Assembly: GCF_018350175.1 (NCBI RefSeq)
Contig: NC_058369.1
Coordinates: forward strand, 16,866,001-16,930,000
Direction of reading: 5' to 3'
Source: Felis catus
Taxonomy: Eukaryota
Length of the DNA stretch: 64,000 nt
A program made the translations under genes and the position numbers. The notes under the pieces were generated by a model. The model made no database searches. It saw only the letters and a list, made by a program, of their open reading frames with translations, and was not told where the DNA came from. Below are positions 61,801 to 64,000 of the stretch, piece after piece (within the stretch, counting starts at the first letter, position 1; each line of letters starts with the position of its first letter).

Positions 61801-63830
61801 AATACTTATACACCCAACATGGCAACATCCAAATACGTGAAACAGTTAACAAACATAAAAGAACAAACCAATAATAATATAGTAATAGTAGGAGACTTTA
61901 GCACCCCTCTTACATAATGGACAGATCATCTAAACAAAAAATCAACAAGCAAACAATGGCTTTGAATGACACACTGGGCCAGGTAGATCTAACATATCTA
62001 TTCAGAACATTCCATCCTAAAGCAGCAGACTACACATTCTTTTCAAGTGCATATGGAACATTCTCCAGAGAAGATCACATATTAGGCCACAAAACAAGCC
62101 TCAACAGATTCAAAAATACGGAAGTTATACCATGCATCTTTTCTGATCACAACACTATGAAACAAGAAGTCAACCACAAGAAAAAATCTGGAAAGACCAC
62201 AAATATATAGAGTTTAAATAACATGCAACTAGGGGTGCCTGGGTGGCTCAGTCAGTTAAGCAACCGACACTTGATCTCAGTTCAGGTCTTAAATTCAGGA
62301 TCATGAGTTCATGCCCCCCACTGGACTCCATGCTGGGCATGAAGTCTACTTTAAAAAAAAAAAAAATGCAACTAAACAATGAATGAGGGGTGCCTGGCTG
62401 GCTCAGCCAATGGAGCATGCGACTCTTGATCTCTGGGTTGTAAGTTTGAGCCCCATGTTCAATATAGAGATTATCTAAAAATTAAAAAAATCTTTAAAAA
62501 AAATCAATGAGTCAACCAGAAAACAAAAGAAGAAATTATAAAGTACATGGAGAGGCACCTGGGTGGCTCCGCTGAGGGTCCAACTTTGGCTCAGGTCATG
62601 ATCTCACAGTTGGTGAGTTTGAGTCCCATGTCAGGCTCACTGTTGTCAGTACAGAGCCTACTTTAAGATCCTCTGTCCCCCCTCTCTGCCGCTCCCCTGC
62701 CCATGCTCTCACTCTCAAAAAATAAAAAAGTAAAGATTAAAAGTACATGGAAACAAATGAAAATGAAAACACAATGGTTCAAAACCTTTGGGATGTATCA
62801 AGAGCTGTTGTAAGAGGGAAGTTTACAGTAATACAGGTCTACCTCAGGAAGCAAGAAAAATCTCAAATAAATAACCTAACTTTACAGCTAATGGAGCTAG
62901 AAAAAGAACAACAAAACCTAAAACCAGCAGAAGAAAGGAAATTATAAAGATTAGAGCAGAAATAAATGATACAGGGGTGCCTGGATGGCTTAGTTGGTTA
63001 AGTGGCCAACTTTAGCTCAGGTCATGATCTTGCAGTTCATGAGTTTGAGCCCTGCATTGGGCTCTGTGTTACAGCTCAGAGCTTATAGCCTGCTTCGGAT
63101 TCTGTGTCGCCCTCTCTTTCTGCCCCTTCCCCGCTCACACTCTGTTTCTCTCTCAAAAATAAACAAACATTAAAAAAAACTTTTTTAATTAAAAAAAAGA
63201 GGAATAAAGGATACAGAAATTTAAAAAACAATAGATCAATGAAACCAGGAACTGGTTCTCTAGGGGGTGAAAAAAAAAATCAATAAAACTGATAAACTTC
63301 TAGCCAGACTTATCAAGGGGGAAAAAAGGACCCAAATACATAAAATCACAAATGAGACAGGAGAATAACCAATACCACAGAAAAGAGAATATTATGAAAA
63401 ATTACATAACAACAAATCAGACAAGCTAGAAAAAATGGGTAAATTATTAGAAACATAGAACCTACCAAAACTGAAACGGGAAGAAAAAGAATATTTGAAC
63501 TAATTACCAGCAAAGAAATTGAATAGTAATCCAAAAATTCATAAAAAAAAAAAAAAATCGAGGCCCAGATTGCCTCACAGGTGAATTCTACCAAACACTG
63601 AAAGAAGAGTTAATACCTATTCTTCTCAAACTATTCCAAAAAACAGAAGAGGGAAGAAAAACTTGCAAACTTATTCCACGAGGCCAGCATTACCCTGATA
63701 TCAAAACCAGATAAAGACACCACAAAAAAAAAGTAGAACTACAGGCCAATATCCCTGACGAACACTGATGCAAAAATCCTCAACAAAATAATAGCAAACC
63801 AAATCCAAAAATACATTTAAAAAATCATTC
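58320..63830 (+). mobile_element. Decayed L1 sequence (ORF1 remnants; ORF2 endonuclease to start of RT) interrupted by about ten Can-SINEs
   Basis: IITLNANGLN at ~61494, YTFFSSAYGTFSREDHILGHK, ENTMVQNLWD, NYRPISLTNTDAKILNKI at ~63737. Confidence 0.93.
58772..58820. repeat. (AG)n microsatellite
   Basis: About 24 AG units. Confidence 0.95.
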
Positions 63831-63831
63831 A

Positions 63832-64000
63832 AGGGCATCTGGGTGGCTCAGTTGGTTAAGTGTCCAACTCTTGATTTCGGCTCAGGTCACGATCTTGTGG
63901 TTTCATGAGTCCAAACCCCACACCAGGCTCTGCACTGGCAGCATGGAGTCTACTTGGGATTCTCTCTCCCTACCTCTCTCTGCTCCTTCCCAACTCGCAC
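63832..64000 (+). mobile_element. Can-SINE truncated by the window edge
   Basis: gggcatctgggtggctcagttggttaagtgtcc head. Confidence 0.9.

Noticed and set aside
12927..63286. Recurrent short ORFs such as MAQSVKRLTSAQVMISRSVSSSPASGS
   Set aside because: Translations of Can-SINE copies
61917..63830. Endonuclease and reverse-transcriptase-like ORF pieces
   Set aside because: Broken L1 ORF2 with stops, frameshifts and SINE insertions; not an active or novel RT system
34154..64000. tRNA-like heads and dispersed similar repeats suggesting tRNA genes or an array
   Set aside because: tRNA-derived SINE heads with CT stretch, A-tail and TSDs; no cloverleaf and no CRISPR repeat-spacer periodicity

Overview
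Mammalian genomic DNA, almost certainly a felid (cat family), judged from the many felid-type Can-SINE copies. The window holds two convergent intron-containing genes. PTPN23 (HD-PTP, + strand) contributes 23 coding exons, orthologous to exons 3-25, at 1726-10358: 4824 nt spliced, frame intact, with the first two exons upstream of the window. SCAP (- strand) has its complete CDS here, 22 coding exons from the ATG at 47349 to the stop at 11036: 3831 nt spliced, 1276 aa, with non-coding exon 1 beyond the right edge. All inferred introns are GT-AG. The left ~24 kb is GC-rich with tiny introns and two intragenic CpG-rich islands. The right part is three long SCAP introns filled with Can-SINEs, L1, MaLR/ERVL LTRs, MIR and MER DNA transposons. 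I see no prokaryotic-type system. The best leads are: (1) a heavily decayed, intronless MAGUK p55-like guanylate-kinase remnant antisense in SCAP intron 3; (2) three uAUGs in the 98 nt before the SCAP start; (3) a tandemly duplicated in-frame splice donor in the PTPN23 PTP domain; (4) a 9-nt acceptor shift in SCAP exon 20; (5) inverted repeat pairs in the SCAP pre-mRNA. Comparisons to human proteins and repeat family names are from memory, not from a search, and repeat boundaries are approximate.
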